Source: Pristiophorus japonicus
Lineage: Eukaryota
NCBI RefSeq assembly: GCF_044704955.1
Contig: NC_091995.1
Span: 4,340,001-4,404,000, forward strand
Length of the DNA stretch: 64,000 bases
Direction of reading: 5' to 3'
Numbering within the stretch: the stretch's first letter is position 1; each line of letters opens with the position of its first letter. Under the pieces are notes generated by a model. That model was given only the letters and a program-made list of their open reading frames with translations, did not search any database and was not told where the DNA came from. Of the stretch, positions 11,535-25,600 are shown piece by piece. A program made the translations under genes and the position numbers.

Positions 11535-14155
11535 AAGAAACATAGAAAATAGGTGCAGGAGTAGGCCATTCGGCCCTTTGAGCCTACACTACCATTCAAT
11601 ATGATAATGCACTTCAGTACCCCATTGTTGCTTTCTCTCCCTATCCCTTGATTTCTTTAGTCGTAAGGGCCACATCTAACTCCCTTTTGAATATATCTAA
11701 CGAACTGGCCTCAACAACTTTCTGTGGTAGAGAATTCCACATGCTCACAACTCTGAGTTAAGAAGTTTCTCCTCATCTCGGTCCTAAATGGCTTACCCCT
11801 TATCCTTAGACTGTGACCCGTGGTTCTGGACTTCCCCAACATCAGGAACATTCTTCCTGCATCTAACCTGTCCAATCTCGTCAGAATTTTATACATTTCT
11901 ATGAAATCCCCTCTCATTCCTAAATTCCAGTGAATATAAGCCTAGTCGATCCAGTCTTTCTTCATATGTCAGTACTGTCATCCCAGGAATCAGTCTGGTG
12001 AACCTTCGCTGCACTCCCTCAATAGCAAGTATGTCCTTCCTCAGATTAGGAGACCAAAACTTTTCATAATATTCAAGGTGTGGCCTCACCAAGGCCCTGT
12101 ACAACTGTAGTAAGACTCCCCTGCTCCTATACTCAAATCCCTTCACTATGAAGGCTAACATGACATTTGCCTTCTTCACCGCCTGCTGTATCTGTATGCC
12201 AACTTTCAATGACTGATGTACCATGACACCCAGATCTCGTTGCACCTCCCCTTTTACTAATCTGTCACCATTCAGATAATAATATGCATTCCTGTTTTTA
12301 CCACCAAAGTGGATAACCTCACATTTATCTACATTATACCGTATCTGCCATGTATTTGCCCACTCACCTAACCTGTCCAAGTCACCCTGCAACCTCTTAG
12401 CGTCCTCCTCACAGCTCACACTGCCACCCAGCTCAGTGTCATCTGCAAATTTGGAGATATTGCATTCAATTCCTTCGTCTAATTCATTCATGTAAATTGT
12501 AAATAGCTGGGGTCCCAGAATTGAACCTTGCGGTACCCCACTAGTAACTGCCTGCCATTCCGAAAGGACCCGTTTATTCCTACTCTTTGCTTCCTGTCTG
12601 CCAACCAGTTCTCTATCAGTACATTATCCCCAATACCATGTGTGTTAATTTTGCACAATAATCTACTGTGTGGGACCTTGTCAAAAGCCTTTTGAAAGTT
12701 TAAATACACCACATCCACTGGCACCCCCTTATCCACTCTACTAGTTACATCCTCAAAAAATTCTAGAAGATTTGTCAAGCATGATTTCCCTTTCATAAAT
12801 CCATGCTGACTTGGACCGATTCTGTCACTGCTTTCCAAATGTGCTGCTTTTGCATCTTTAATAATTGATTCCAACATTTTCCCCACTACCAATGTCAGGC
12901 TGACCAGTCTATAATTCCCCGTTTTCTCTCTCCCTCCTTTTTAAAAAAGATACATTAGCTACCCTCTAGTCCATAGGAACTGATCCAGAGTATATAGAAT
13001 GTTGGAAAATGACCACCAATGCATCCACTATTTCTAGGGCCACTTCCTTAAGTACTCTGGGATGCAGACTATCAAGCCCGGGGGATTTATCAGCCTTCAA
13101 GCCCATCAATTTTCCTAACACAATTTGCTGACTAATAAGGATTTCCTTTAGTTCCTCTTCTCGCTAGACCCTCAGTCCCCTAGCATTTCCGGAAGGTTAT
13201 TTGTGTCTTCCTTAGTGAAGACAGAACCAAAGTATTTGTTCAATTGGTCTGCCATTTCTTTGTTCCCCATTATAAATTCACCTGATTCTGACTGTAAGGA
13301 ACATTTGTCTCCACTAATCTTTTTCTCTTCACGTATCTGTAGAAGCTTTTGCAGTCAGTTTTTATGTTCCCTGCAAGCTTACTCTCATATTCTATTTTCC
13401 CCCTCCTAATTAAACCCTTTGTCCTCCTCTGCTGAATTCTAAATTTCTCCCAGTCCTCAGGTTTGCTGCTTTTTTTGGTCAATTTATATGCCTCTTCCTT
13501 GGATTCAACACTATCCCTAATTTCCCTTGTAAGCCACGTTTCAGCCACCTTCCCCATTTTATTTTTACGGGATGTACAATTGTTGAAGTTCATCCATATG
13601 ATCCGTAAATGTCTGCCATTGCCTATCCTCTGTCAACCCTTTAAGTATCATTCGCCAGTCTATTCTAGCCAAATCACGTCTCATACCATCGAAGTTATCT
13701 TTCTTTAAGTTCAGGACTCTCGTCTCTGAATTAACTGTGTCACTCTCCATCTTAATGAAGAATTCTACCATATTATGGTCACTCTTCCCCAAGAGGCCTC
13801 GCACAACAATTGCGAATTAATCCTCTCTCATTACACAACACCCAGTCTAGAATGGCCAGCTCTCTAGTTGGTTCCTCGACATATTGATCTAGAAAACCAT
13901 CCCTTATACACTCCAGGAAATTCTCCTCCACCGTATTGCTACCAGTTTGGTTAGCCCAATCTATATGTAGATTAAAGTCACCCATGATAACTGCTGTACC
14001 TTTATTACACGCATTCCTAATTTCCTGTTGATGCCATCTCCAACCTCACTATGACTGTTTGGTGGCCTGTACACAACTCCCACTAGCGTTTTCTGCCCTT
14101 TGGTGTTCCGCAGCTCTAGCCATACAGATTCCATCTCATTCACGCTAATGTCCTT
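11535..14155 (-). mobile_element. CR1 LINE (ORF2 endonuclease-RT plus 3' tail), degenerate
   Basis: Tail AAACATAGAAAATAGGTGCAGG; FADDT, HGFMKGKSCLTNL, GVVYRPP and GDFN motifs. Confidence 0.93.
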
Positions 14156-14160
14156 CCACA

Positions 14161-16156
14161 GGGCCCAAGTTTCCGCATGATTTGCGCCTGATTTTTAGGA
14201 GCAACTGGTGGAGAACGGACTATCTTAGAAATCGCAATTCTCCACATTTTCTTTTCTGCAGTTCTAGTCAGGTAGAACAGTTCCACTTTGGAACAGAATT
14301 TTTTCTTCAAAAGGGGGCATGTCCGGCCAGTGATGCCTGATTTCAAAGTTTCCACAGTGAAAACGTACTCCAAACTAACTTAAAATGGAGCAAGTGAAGA
14401 TTTTTGTAGAACTGAAAAAACCTGTTCTACACATTAAAAAATCAGGCGCAGGTTACAAATTAGGCGTCCAGAACGAGGTGGGGGGGGAAGGGAAGTCATT
14501 AAATTCTACAATAAATCCTTATTTATACTTATACAAATATTATACAAATAAATCCAACCTGAATAAAAATTTATAAGCAAAGAAAAGATTAAATAAACCA
14601 TCTTCCAACCTGTGTGAAAGTGCTTCAGCCAGGAAGAATGCTGCAGGAAGCCTCACAAAATGAGGCAGCCGTTCCCGAAGGCGGGCGGGCGGGCAGGAGG
14701 GACCCAACCGACCGAACGCAGGGGGGGGGGGAAGGAAGCCGTTCCAGACGGCGGGCGGGAGGGGACCGACCGAACGCAGGGAAGCTGTTCCAGATGGCAG
14801 GGAGGGACCCAACCGACCGAACGCAGTGGGGGAGAGGGGAGCCGTCCAGACGGCGGGCGAGCGACCGAACGCAGTGGGGGAGAGGGGAGCCGTCCAGACG
14901 GCGGGCGAGCGACTGAACGCAGACGGTGGGCGAGCGACCGAACGCAGGGGGGGGGGGGGGGGGGGGAGCCGTTCCAGACGGCGGGCGGGAGGGGACCGAC
15001 CGAACGCAGGGAAGCTGTTCCAGATGGCAGGGAGGGACCCAACCGACCGAACGCAGTGGGGGAGAGGGGAGCCGTCCAGACGGCGGGCGAGCGACCGAAC
15101 GCAGTGGGGGAGAGGGGAGCCGTCCAGACGGCGGGCGAGCGACCGAACGCATTGGGGGAGAGGGGAGCCGTCCAGACGGCGGGCGAGCGACCGAACGCGG
15201 GGGGGGGGGGGGAGCCGTTCCAGACGGCGGGCGAGCGACCGAACGCAGTGGGGGAGAGGGGAGCCGTCCAGACGGCGGGCGAGCGACCGAATGCAGACGG
15301 TGGGCGAGCGACCGAACGCAGTGGGGGGGGGGGAGCCGTCCAGACGGCGGGCGAGCGACCGAATGCAGACGGTGGGCGAGCGACCGAACGCAGTGGGGGG
15401 GGGGGAGCCGTCCAGACGGCGGGCGAGCGACCGAACGCAGTGGGGAAGAGGGGAGCCGTCCAGACGGCGGGCGAGCGACCGAATGCAGACGGCGGGCGAG
15501 CGACCGAACGCAGTGGGGAAGAGGGGAGCCGTCCAGACGGCGGGCGAGCGACCGAACGCAGTGGGGGGGGAGCCGTCCAGACGGCGAGCAAGCGAGCGGG
15601 CGGGAGGGACCCAACCGACCGACCGAACGCAGCGGGGGGGGGGAGGAAGCCGTTCCAGACGGCGGGAGGGAGGGAGGGAGGGAAGGAGACAGAAGGCTGC
15701 AGGAAGCCTCAGAAATTGAGGAGCCATTTCCCGACGGCAAAAGGGAGAGGTCGTCGGGATACGGCTGCCTCAACTTTCTGAGGCTTCCTGCAGCCTTCTC
15801 AGTGCTGATGGCAATGTGTTTTTATAAAAAAATGTTCAAAAACTAAACAGCTACAAAGAACTACAAAAATGGCCGAGTGCCAATGTTTTCTTCACACTGC
15901 GCATGCGCGAACGCTCCAACGCGCACGCGCAGCATTGCCGGCAGGAAAAAAACTAATTTAAATAGTACCCGCCCCCTCTCACTTACAAAATCGGTGCGAG
16001 TGTAGGCTCCGCCCCCCTGGGCGCCACGCCAAACAGACAAGGAGCTGCAGGGCTCTCCAGAATCGCGAGTTTTTTTTCCGGCGCTGTTTTAGGCGCGAAA
16101 AACGGGCACCCAGCTCAGAGGGGCGCCCGTTTTTTATCGTGTGGAAACTTGGGCCC
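14161..16156. mobile_element. Non-autonomous TIR DNA transposon (probably PIF/Harbinger type)
   Basis: Perfect 14-bp TIRs GGGCCCAAGTTTCC (14161-14174 and 16143-16156); flanks ACA/ATA; no transposase. Confidence 0.8.
14670..15670. repeat. GC/CpG-rich compound minisatellite inside the TIR element
   Basis: Recurring GAGCCGTCCAGACGGCGGGCGAGCGACCGAACGCAGTGGGGGAGAGGG units of about 49 bp and variants. Confidence 0.92.
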
Positions 16157-16863
16157 ATAGACTCCAGCTGAGAAGTTAAAGGTAAAGAGGGGCAGGGGAG
16201 AAGAACTAGGGTGAGACAGAACACCAGTGGGAAGGACATGACAAAGGGGACCATCTGAGGCATGGCAAATTTAATAATACCCACCCGGGGGAAGGGAAAA
16301 GTAAAAGGGGGCACCAGATAGAAGTGAAATCAAAAGAGAACGGGGAGAGTGTCAGAAACATGGGAAAATCCATGGGATGGAAATGATCAGAACATTCATG
16401 CATATGGAGTGTTTAGAATAGAGAGTGGACAAGGTCATCACCTGTGGAGAGAGAAGACAGGTTAATATTCCGGGAATACACCCTGCATTGGAACTGGGAA
16501 CTGAAAGATCAGCGAGGGCCTCTGTAGGGCTGGGGGAAGAGAAGAAACAAACCAATGGTGAACTGTAGAGAGGAACCTACTGGGTGGAATGAGCTGTGAA
16601 CGGCATTTATTAAAAACAAAGCAATTCGGTGCTTAATTACATTCCAGAAGCATAAACTAAAGGCGCTGTTTGTTTTATTTGCACCTTGCTCCAGACTCTG
16701 GATCCTTAACTGGATCCGAACTGATGGGGCTGATTTTAAGAGCCCCCGCCTGGTGTAACCGGAGCGATAGTGCCCAGAATTGGACCCAATGCTCAAGCTG
16801 GGGCCGAACTAGTCTTTATATAGGTTTTATATTGATCCCTGAACCAGCATTAGTACAACAATA

Positions 16864-17020
16864 TCAGATTGCTGTTTGTGGCAGCTTGCTGTGCAAAAAT
16901 TGGCTGTCGCGTTTCCTACAATAAAACAGTGACTACACTTCAAAATACTTCATTGGCTGTAAAACGCTTTGGGCATCCTGAGGCTGTGAGAGACGCTATA
17001 TAAATGCAAGTCTGTCTTTC
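16864..17020 (+). mobile_element. DeuSINE (SacSINE1/AmnSINE1-like) 3' fragment
   Basis: ATTGCTGTTTGTGG...CAGTGACTACACTTCAAAA...GCTATATAAATGCAAG. Related pieces at 1-58, about 58200-58410 and 59020-59100. Confidence 0.7.
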
Positions 17021-17699
17021 ATATTCAGATCAAGGTCATTTTTAAATTGCAACTGTGTTTGAGAGTTTGATCAGCTGGTTTTAAATGTTTTATTCTGCAG
17101 AGTTTAATAGGAAGCAAAGTATATAATTGTAACCAAGTGTTGAAACTGTTTGATAAATTATAAAGTGCTGTCTCCTTGTACCCTGCACACAGAAATACAA
17201 GTATCTGCTCCACCTGTCTGCAGAGTCTGTCTAAATCAGAAGGTGGTCTCAGAATTGCCGAGCACTGCTTGGTGTGTTCTGAGACACACAGACCAGGGAG
17301 GTTCAAGGCTGGATTGCTGGTGAAACACACTATCTGAAGCAGAGTGACAGTGGAGGTGCAGAGATGGGCCTGAGCATACCCGGGTCCGGGGTGGGCAAGG
17401 ATCAGCCCGGGGGGGGGGACCTGTTCCTGGGGATGTGGATCTTTGCTGAGAATTGGGCCCGGCTTGTTTTCCAGAGCTCTGTCCCTCTGGACACTTACTT
17501 TCTGGGCTGACCCAGGAGCAGGAGAGAAAGGTGCTGAGGGTTTCTGCCTCCAGCACCCTGTGCACACCTCGGGCACCCTCTGGGTGAAAAAGGTTCTCCT
17601 CAACTCCCCTCTCATCCCGGAGATTTCGGGCCTGGGCTTCGGGAGAAACCAGCCCAACCCGAACAAATATTGTTCGTATACCGACCTGTTGTCCCGCTC

Positions 17700-17918
17700 C
17701 CGGCCAATCACAGCACACAGCCCGCGCCCGCTCACAGGGGCAAAGATTGACGGCCGTTAAACATTAAATATTTAAACCCAACCGGCAAGTTCCGAGCCCG
17801 AGCCTCTAGCAACCCAAATCATGGCGCAAACCCCGCCTCCCGGCGGCGCTGATTGGCCAGTAACGCCGCGGTGAGGAGCTCCGGGGGGAGTGGATTGGTC
17901 GGAGCGCCTGTCACTCAG
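17700..17918 (+). promoter_or_regulatory. Truncated duplicate of the CCAAT/GC-box promoter at 45996-46285
   Basis: Near-identical to 45996-46200 (CCAATCACAGCACAC...GGCAAAGATTGACGGCCGTTAAACATTAAATATTTAAACCCAACCGGCAAG...CTGATTGG); ends before the ATF6B-like exon. Confidence 0.75.
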
Positions 17919-18044
17919 TCAGTTGGGGGCTGAGGACAGGGGATGATGGTAAGGAGAAGGAGGAGAAATTGGGGGGGGGGGGGGGGTGTTGTGGAAGCGG
18001 GCGACTGGGGGGATGGGAGGGTAAGGAGGATGAGGAGGGGTCAC

Positions 18045-18255
18045 TTATGTATGAATAAGGAGTCTGACTGGATATTGTGAGCTCAAAGTAAAATGTGACG
18101 TTAGTCTTTTGTACAGGTCTCCAGAGTGCCTCTCCAACCTGTGAAGCCTCCTTAAGTACCTGTGATCCCAAGGGATTGTGGAATCCATTGGGACTCTGGG
18201 GGATGAGCCCTCTGGTGGCTATACAAGGTATATACAGGTTTATATATATATAACA
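18045..18255 (-). mobile_element. Gypsy solo LTR, same family as 19632-28230
   Basis: Homologous to the ~210-bp LTRs; 5-bp TSD GTCAC (18040-18044 and 18256-18260); terminal TG lost. Confidence 0.88.
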
Positions 18256-18682
18256 GTCACCATGCCTCTATTGTCAGCACCTGGAATCATAGAAACACAC
18301 AGCACAGGATGAGGCCATTTGGCCCATCGTGCCTGTGCTGGCTCTTTGAAAGAGCTGTCCCATTAGTCTCACTCTCCTGCTCTTACCCCAGAGCCCTGTG
18401 AATGTCTCCTATTCAACAATTCATCCAATTCCCTTTTGAAAGTTACGATTGAATCTGCTTCCCCCGCCCTCTCAGACAGGGCACTCCAAATCACCATAAC
18501 TCGCTGCATAAAAATGTATCTCCTCATTTACCCCCTGGATTTTTTTTGCATTTGCCAATTATCTTCAGATCTCACTGAGTTTCAATCCCAGGAGAGAATG
18601 AAAGCAATTCTGCATTCTCTGAGGCAGAAGAAAACCTCTTTTGAATATTTTGAGTTTGAGCAGCAAGAGAGCATCTACGAAA

Positions 18683-19631
18683 TAAGAACATAAGAAATAG
18701 GAGCAGGAGTAGGCCATAGATCCCCTCAAGCCTGCTCCGCCATTCAATAAGATCATGGCTGATCTGATCATGGACTCAGCTCTACTTCCCCGCCTGCACC
18801 TCATAACCCCTTATCATTTAAGGAACTGTCTATTTCTGTCTTAAATTTATTCAATGTCCCAGCTTCCACAGCTTTCTGAGGCAGCGAATTCCAGATTTAC
18901 AACCCTCTGAGAGAAGAAATTTCTCCTCATCACTGTTTTAAATGGGCGGTCCCTTTTCTAAGATCATGCCCTCTAGTTCTAGTCTCCCCCATCAGTGGAA
19001 AGATCCTCTCTGCAACTACCTTGTCAAGCCCCCTCATAATCTTGTGTTTCGATAAGATCGCCTCTCATTCTTCTGAACTCCAATGAGTAGAGGCCCAACC
19101 TACACAACCTTTCCTCATAAGTCAACCCCCTCATCCCCAGAATCAACCTCATGAACCCTCTCTGAACTGCCTCCAAAGCAAGTATATCCTTTCGTAAATA
19201 TGGAAACCAAAACTTCATGCAGTATTCCAGGAGTGGCCTCACCAATACCTTGTTTAGCTGTATAAAGACTTCCCTGCTTTTATACTCCATCCCCTTTGCA
19301 ATAAAGCCCAAGATACCATTAGCCTTCCTGATCAGTTGCTGTACCTGCATACTATCCTTTTGCATTTCATGTCCAGGTACCCCCAGGTCCCGCTGTACTG
19401 CAGCACTTTGCAATCTTTCTCCATTTAAATAATAGCTTGCTCTTTGATTTTTTTTCTACCAAAGTGCATGAGATCACACTTTCCAACATTATACTCCATC
19501 TGCCAAATATTTGCCCACTCCCTTAGCACATCTATGTCCTTTTGCAGATTTTTTGTGTTCTCACATATTGCTTTTCCTCCCATCTTTGTATCGTCAGTCC
19601 CTTCTTCCAAGTCGTTAATATAGATTGTAAA
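18683..19631 (-). mobile_element. CR1 LINE 3' part; resumes at 28231-28244 after the Gypsy insertion
   Basis: TAAGAACATAAGAAATAGGAGCAGG tail; RT C-terminal ORF 19024-19413. Confidence 0.9.
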
Positions 19632-22600
19632 TGTAGTGTATGAATAAAGAGTCTGACCAGATACTGTGAGCTGAAAGTAAAATGACACCGTAGTCTTTTA
19701 TTGCAGGTCTCCAGAGTGCCTCTCCAGCCTGTGAGGCCTCCTTAAGTACAGGTGCTCCCAAGGGATTGCGGGATTCCTTGGGACTCCAGGGGATTCTGGT
19801 GGTTAAACAAGGTATTTACAGGTTTACATATATAACACTACCCCCACACTCCCGCCCCCCCCCCCCCCCCACCCCTCCAAAGTCAATAGTGTAACGATTT
19901 ACAAGGTGAGTCGCTGGTTGATCGTTTCGGTGTAAATGCTGGTTTTGGTGAGTCATTTGTTGGGCCCTCGCTGGGCTGCTGTGCAGCTGGCCTTGCTGGG
20001 CTGCCTAGTGTGATGAGTCCTGCTGGGCTGCAGCAGGTGTTGGGTTCTGCTTTGTGTTCAACCGCTGTGTCGGGGGGTCAAAAAAGGTAGGGTCTAATGT
20101 GGGTTGCACTGGATAGTCCGTGAATCTGAGTTTGGTTTGGTCCAAGTGTTTCCTGTAGATGAGTCCATTTGAAAGTTTGACCCAAAATACCCTACTCCCC
20201 TCTTTGGCCACGGCAGTGCCGGGAAGCCACTTGGGACCTTGTCCACAGTTCAACACAAATACAGGATCATTAATCTCAATTTCGCGTGACACATTTGCGC
20301 TATCATGATATGTACTTTGTTGAAGCCGCCTGCCCTCTACCTGTGTAGATCAGGGTGGACTAATGAGAGCCTTGTCTTAAGTGCCCTTTTCATGAGCAGT
20401 TCAGCGGGTGGAATCCCAGTGAGCAAGTGGGATCTCATGCGGTAACTGAGCAGGACTCTGGATAGGCGAGTCTGCAGTGAGCTTCAGTTACTCTCTTCAA
20501 GCTCTGCTTGATTGTTTGCACTGCTCTCTCTGCCTGACCATTGGATACTGGTTTGAACGGGCAGATGTGACATGTTTGATCCCATTGCAAGTCATGAACT
20601 CTTTGAACTCAGCACTGGTGAAACATGGCCTGTTGTCACTCACAAGGACATAATGTTGTGTATGGAGAAAGAGTCAGACTGAACACTGTGAGCTCAAAGT
20701 ACAGTGTGACCATCGTCTTTTATTGCACATCTCCAACATGCCTCTCCAACCTGTGAAGCCTTCTTAAATACCTGTGCTCCCAAGGGATTATGGGATCTCT
20801 TGTGACTCCAGGCAATGAACCCACTGATGGCTGTACAGAGTAAATACAAGTCCACATATATAACAACATTCCCCGCCAAAGTCAATAGTGTAACTATTTA
20901 CAATGTGAGTCAATCTGGGTCCCTTCTTGCCTTGGTTGACCGTCTCGGTGTGAAAGCTGGTGTTGTTGAATCATTTGTTGGGCCCTCGCTGGGCTGCTGT
21001 GCAGCTGGCCTTGCTGGGCTGCCTGGTGTGTTGGGCCCTGCAGGGCTGCTGTGGATGATGGGTTGTGCTTCGTGGTCAACCGTGGTGTTGGTTGCCACTG
21101 GTGTGTGTGTTGGGGGATCAAAAAAGATAGGGTCCAAGGTGGGTTGCTCAGGGTAGTCCATGAATCTGAGTTTGATTTGGTCCAAGTGTTTCTGCTGAAT
21201 GAGTCCATTTGAAAGTTTGACCCGAAACACCCTGCTCCTCTCTTTGGCCACAACAGTGCCAGGAAGCCACTTGGGACCTTGTCCATAATTTAATACAAAT
21301 ACAGGATCATTGACTTCAATCTCGCGTACACATTTGTGCTATAATCGTATGCACTTTGTTGAAGCCGCTTGCTCTATACCTGTTCATGTAGATCAGGTTG
21401 AACTAATGAGAGCCTTGTCTTAAGTGCTCTTTTCATGAGCAGTTCAGCAGGTGTGATCCCAGTGAGTGAGTGTGGTCTCGTGCGGTAGCTAAGCAGGACT
21501 CTGGGTAGGCGAGTCTGCAGTGAGCCTTCAGTTACCCTCTTCAAGCCTTGCTTGATGGTTTGCACTGCTCTCTCTGCCTGACCATTGGACGTTGGTTTAA
21601 ACGGAGCAGATGTGACATGTTTGATCCCGTTACGGGTCATGAATTCTTTGAACTCAGCACTGGTAAAACCTGGCCCGTCGTCACTCACCAGGACATCGGG
21701 TGAGCCGTGTGTGGCAAACATGGCCCGCAGGCTTTCAGTGGTGGCAGCGGACATGCTAGTCAACATTATCTCACATTCAATCCACCTTGAGTACGCGTCT
21801 ACAACCACAAGGAACATTTTACCCAAGAACGGGCCTGCACAGTCGACGTGTACCCTAGACTACGGTTTGGAGGGCCAAGACCATAAACTTAGCGGCGCCT
21901 CCCTGGGTACATTGCTTAACTGCGAGTATGTATTACATCTGTGAACCCAGGACTCTTAAGACTGCATCGATACCAGGCCACCACACGTGGGATCTGGCTA
22001 TCGCTTTCATCATTACAATGCCTGGGTGGGTACTGTGGAGGTCATTGATGAAGGTGTCTCTGTCGTTCTTGGGGACCACGACTCAATTGCCCCACAGAAG
22101 GCAGTCTGCCTGTATAGACATTTCATCTTTGCGCCGCTGGAACGGCTTTATCTCTTCCTGCATTTCCACTGGGACACTGGACCAGCTCCCGTGAAGCACA
22201 CAGCTTTTGACTAGAGATAATAAGGGGTCCTGGCTTGCCCAGGTTTTGATCTGACGGGCAGTGACGGGTGATTGCTCACTCTCAAATGCTTCCATAATCA
22301 TGGCTAGATCTGCGGGCAGCACCATTTCCACTCCCGTGGTGGGCAGTGGCAGCGTACTGAGAGCATCGGCGCAGTTTTCTGTACCTGGCCTGCGGCGGAT
22401 GGCGTAGTTGTATGCGGACAACGTGAGCGTCCATCTCTGAATGCGGGCCGATGCGTTGATATTTTTCCCTTTACTCTCGGAAAACGGATATAAATGGCTT
22501 ATGGTCAGTTTCCAAATCGAATTTTAGCCCAAACAGGTATTGATGCATTTTCTTTACCCCATAGACACACGGTAACACTTTTTCAATCATGCTGTAGGCT

Positions 22601-25600
22601 CTCTCGGCTTTAGACAGACCCCTCAATGCATAAGCAACCGGTTGCAGTTTCCCGAAATCATTAGCTGGTTGCAATACACACCCAATGCCATATGACGACG
22701 CATCACATGCTAGTACCAAACGCTTACATGGATCATACAACACAAGCAATTTGTTTGAGCATAACAATTTTCTTGCTTTTACAAAGGCATTTTCTTGGCT
22801 TTTGCCCCAAACCCATTCGTCCTCTTTTCGTAGCAAGACATGTAGTGGTTCTAGCAGGGTGTTAAGACCTGGTAAGAAGTTACCAAAGTAGTTCAAGTGT
22901 CCCAGAAACGACCGCAGCTCCGTCACATCTGTAGCCTCGGTGCGTTCGCGATTGTCTCCGTCTTCGCGTTGGTGGGCCTGATGCCGTCCGCCGCAATCCT
23001 CCTTCCCAGGAACTCCATTTCAGGTGCCAGGAAAACACACTTCGAGCATTTTAACCTGAGCCCCACGGGGTTGAGTCGACTAAGAACCTCCTCCAGGTTC
23101 TGCAGGTGCTCGACTGTGTTCCGACCTGTGACCAAGATGTCGCCCTGGAAGACCACGGCATGCGGGACCAACTTCAGTAAACTTTCCATATTTCTCTGGA
23201 ATATCGCCGCCGCTGATCGGATTCCAAATGGGCAACTGTGATAAACAAAAAGACCTTTGTGCGTGTTGATGCAGGTGAGAGCCTTCGACGATTCCTCCAG
23301 TTCCTGCGTCATGTAGGCTGAAGTCAGATCCAGCTTTGTGAACATCTTTCCTCCCTCCAGAATTGCAGAGGTCTTTTGGTAATGGGTATTGGTCCTGCAG
23401 GTAGAAACGATTGATAGTTACTTTGTAATCGGCACAGATTCTGATGGTGCCGTCTCCCTTGAGGACTGGGACAATGGAACTGGCCCACTCGCTGAACTCG
23501 ATCGGTGAAATGATGCCCTCTCATTGCAGCCGGACTAGCTCGATCTCTACCTTTTCTCTCATCATGCACGGTACTGCTCTCGCTTTGTGATGGATGGGTC
23601 GCGCCCCCGGAATTAGGTGGATCTGCAGTTTTGCTCCTTGGAATTTCCCGATGTCTGGTTCGAACAGCGAAGAAAATTTGTTTAAGACCTGGGCACACAA
23701 AGTGTCATCAGCGGGCGATAGCACTCTGACGTCCTCCCAGTTCCAGCGTATCATTCCCAGCCAGCTCCTGCCAAGCAGCGTGGGACCATCGCCTGGTACC
23801 ACCCAGAGTGGTAGCCTGTGCACCGCTCCATCGTAAGAGACCTTTACAGTGGCACTACTGATTACAGGAATCAACTCTTTCGTGTAAGTTATTAATCTCG
23901 TGTGAACTGGAATTAAGACTGGCCTTGAGGCCTTTTGCACCACAACCTTTCAAAAGTCTTTTTGCCCATGATGGACTGGCTCGTGCCCGTGTCCAGCTCT
24001 ATTGACAGCGGGAGTCCATTTAGCTCAACATTCAGCATTATCGGGCGACAATTCGTGGTGAATGTGTGCACCCCATGTACCTCTGCCTCCTCTATCTGAG
24101 GCTCTGGTTCGTAATGATCCATCGTGGATGTATCCTCCTCTGCAACGTGATGGTTTGCAGGTTTAACAGGCTTAGCAGCTCACCTGCACACTTGTTGGAG
24201 GTGTCCCATTGTTCCACAACTCTTGCAAACGTATCCTTTGAATCGACATGAATGGAAACGATGATCATCCCTGCAGCGCCAACAAGGCGTTAATGGCCTT
24301 GCATTCATCACCTTTAATGATGGACTCTGAGACATCTCCGGACGTGTAGCTGCAGGTTTGCCTGACCTGCCCTGTACGTCATGATTCGAAAATAACATCA
24401 CTTTGTTCACAGTACTTGTAGCAGCACTTGTGTGCTGAGAGATTTGCTGAGTATTGTCACTGGTGGCAATGAACTCCTGGGCTATCGTTATGGCCTTACT
24501 CAAGGTTGGGGTCTCTACAGTCAAAAGCTTGCGAAGTATGGTTTCGTGACCAATGCCAAGTACGAAAAAGTCTCTGAGCATGTGCTCCAAACGTCCTTCA
24601 AATTCGCAATGTCCTGCAAGGCGTCTCAGCTCGGCGACATAACTTGCCACTTCCTGGCCTTCAGACATTTTGTAGATATAGAACCGGTACCTCGGCATCA
24701 GAACGCTTTCCTTCGGGTTCAAATGCTCTCGGACCAGTGTGCACAAATCGTCGTACGATTTCTCCGTGGGTTTCGCTGGAGTGAGCAGATTGTTCATGAG
24801 GCCATATGTTGGTGAGGAGGATCGCTCTGCGTTTGGCAGCGCTCTCTTCCCCATCGAGCTTGTTGGCCACGAAGTATTAGTCGAGTCGCTCCACAAAAGT
24901 TTCCCAATCATCTCCCTCTGAAAATTTCTCCAGGATGCCCACTGTTCTCTGCATCTTTGGGTTCGCTATCTGTATCTCGTCGCCAGTTGTTGTGTATGGA
25001 GAAAGAGTCAGACTGAACACTGTGAGCTCAAAGTAAAGTGTGACCTTAGTTTTTTATTGCAGGTCTCCAGCGTGCCTCTCCAACCTGTGAAGCCTTCTTA
25101 ATTACCTGTGCTCCCAAGGGATTATGGGATCCCTGTGACTCCGGGGAATGAGCCCTCTGGTGGCTGTACAGAGTAAATACAAGTCCACATATATAACACA
25201 TCAGGCAGGTCGTGCGTGGCAAACATGGCCCGCAGGCTTTCAGTGGTGGCAGCGGACGTGCTTGCCGACATTATCTCACATTCAATCCATTTGGAGTATG
25301 CATCTACAACCACTAGGAACATTTTCCCCAAGAACGGGCCTCCATAGTCAACAGGACCCGAGACCACTGTTTGGCAGGCCAAGACCATAAACTTTGTGGC
25401 GCCTCCCTGGGTGCATTGCCTAACTGTGAACATGTGTTACAGTTGTGCACGCAGGACTCTTAAGTCCGCATCGATACCGGGCTACCACACGTGGGATCTG
25501 GCTATCGCTTTCATCATTACAATGCCTGGCAGGGTACTGTGGAGATCGCTAATGAAAGTGTCCCTGCTCTTTTTTGGTACCACTACCCAATTACAGGCAG

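Noticed and set aside
14540-15846. 300-400 aa ORFs in all six frames
   Set aside because: GC-rich tandem array inside a non-autonomous transposon; no recognisable domain.
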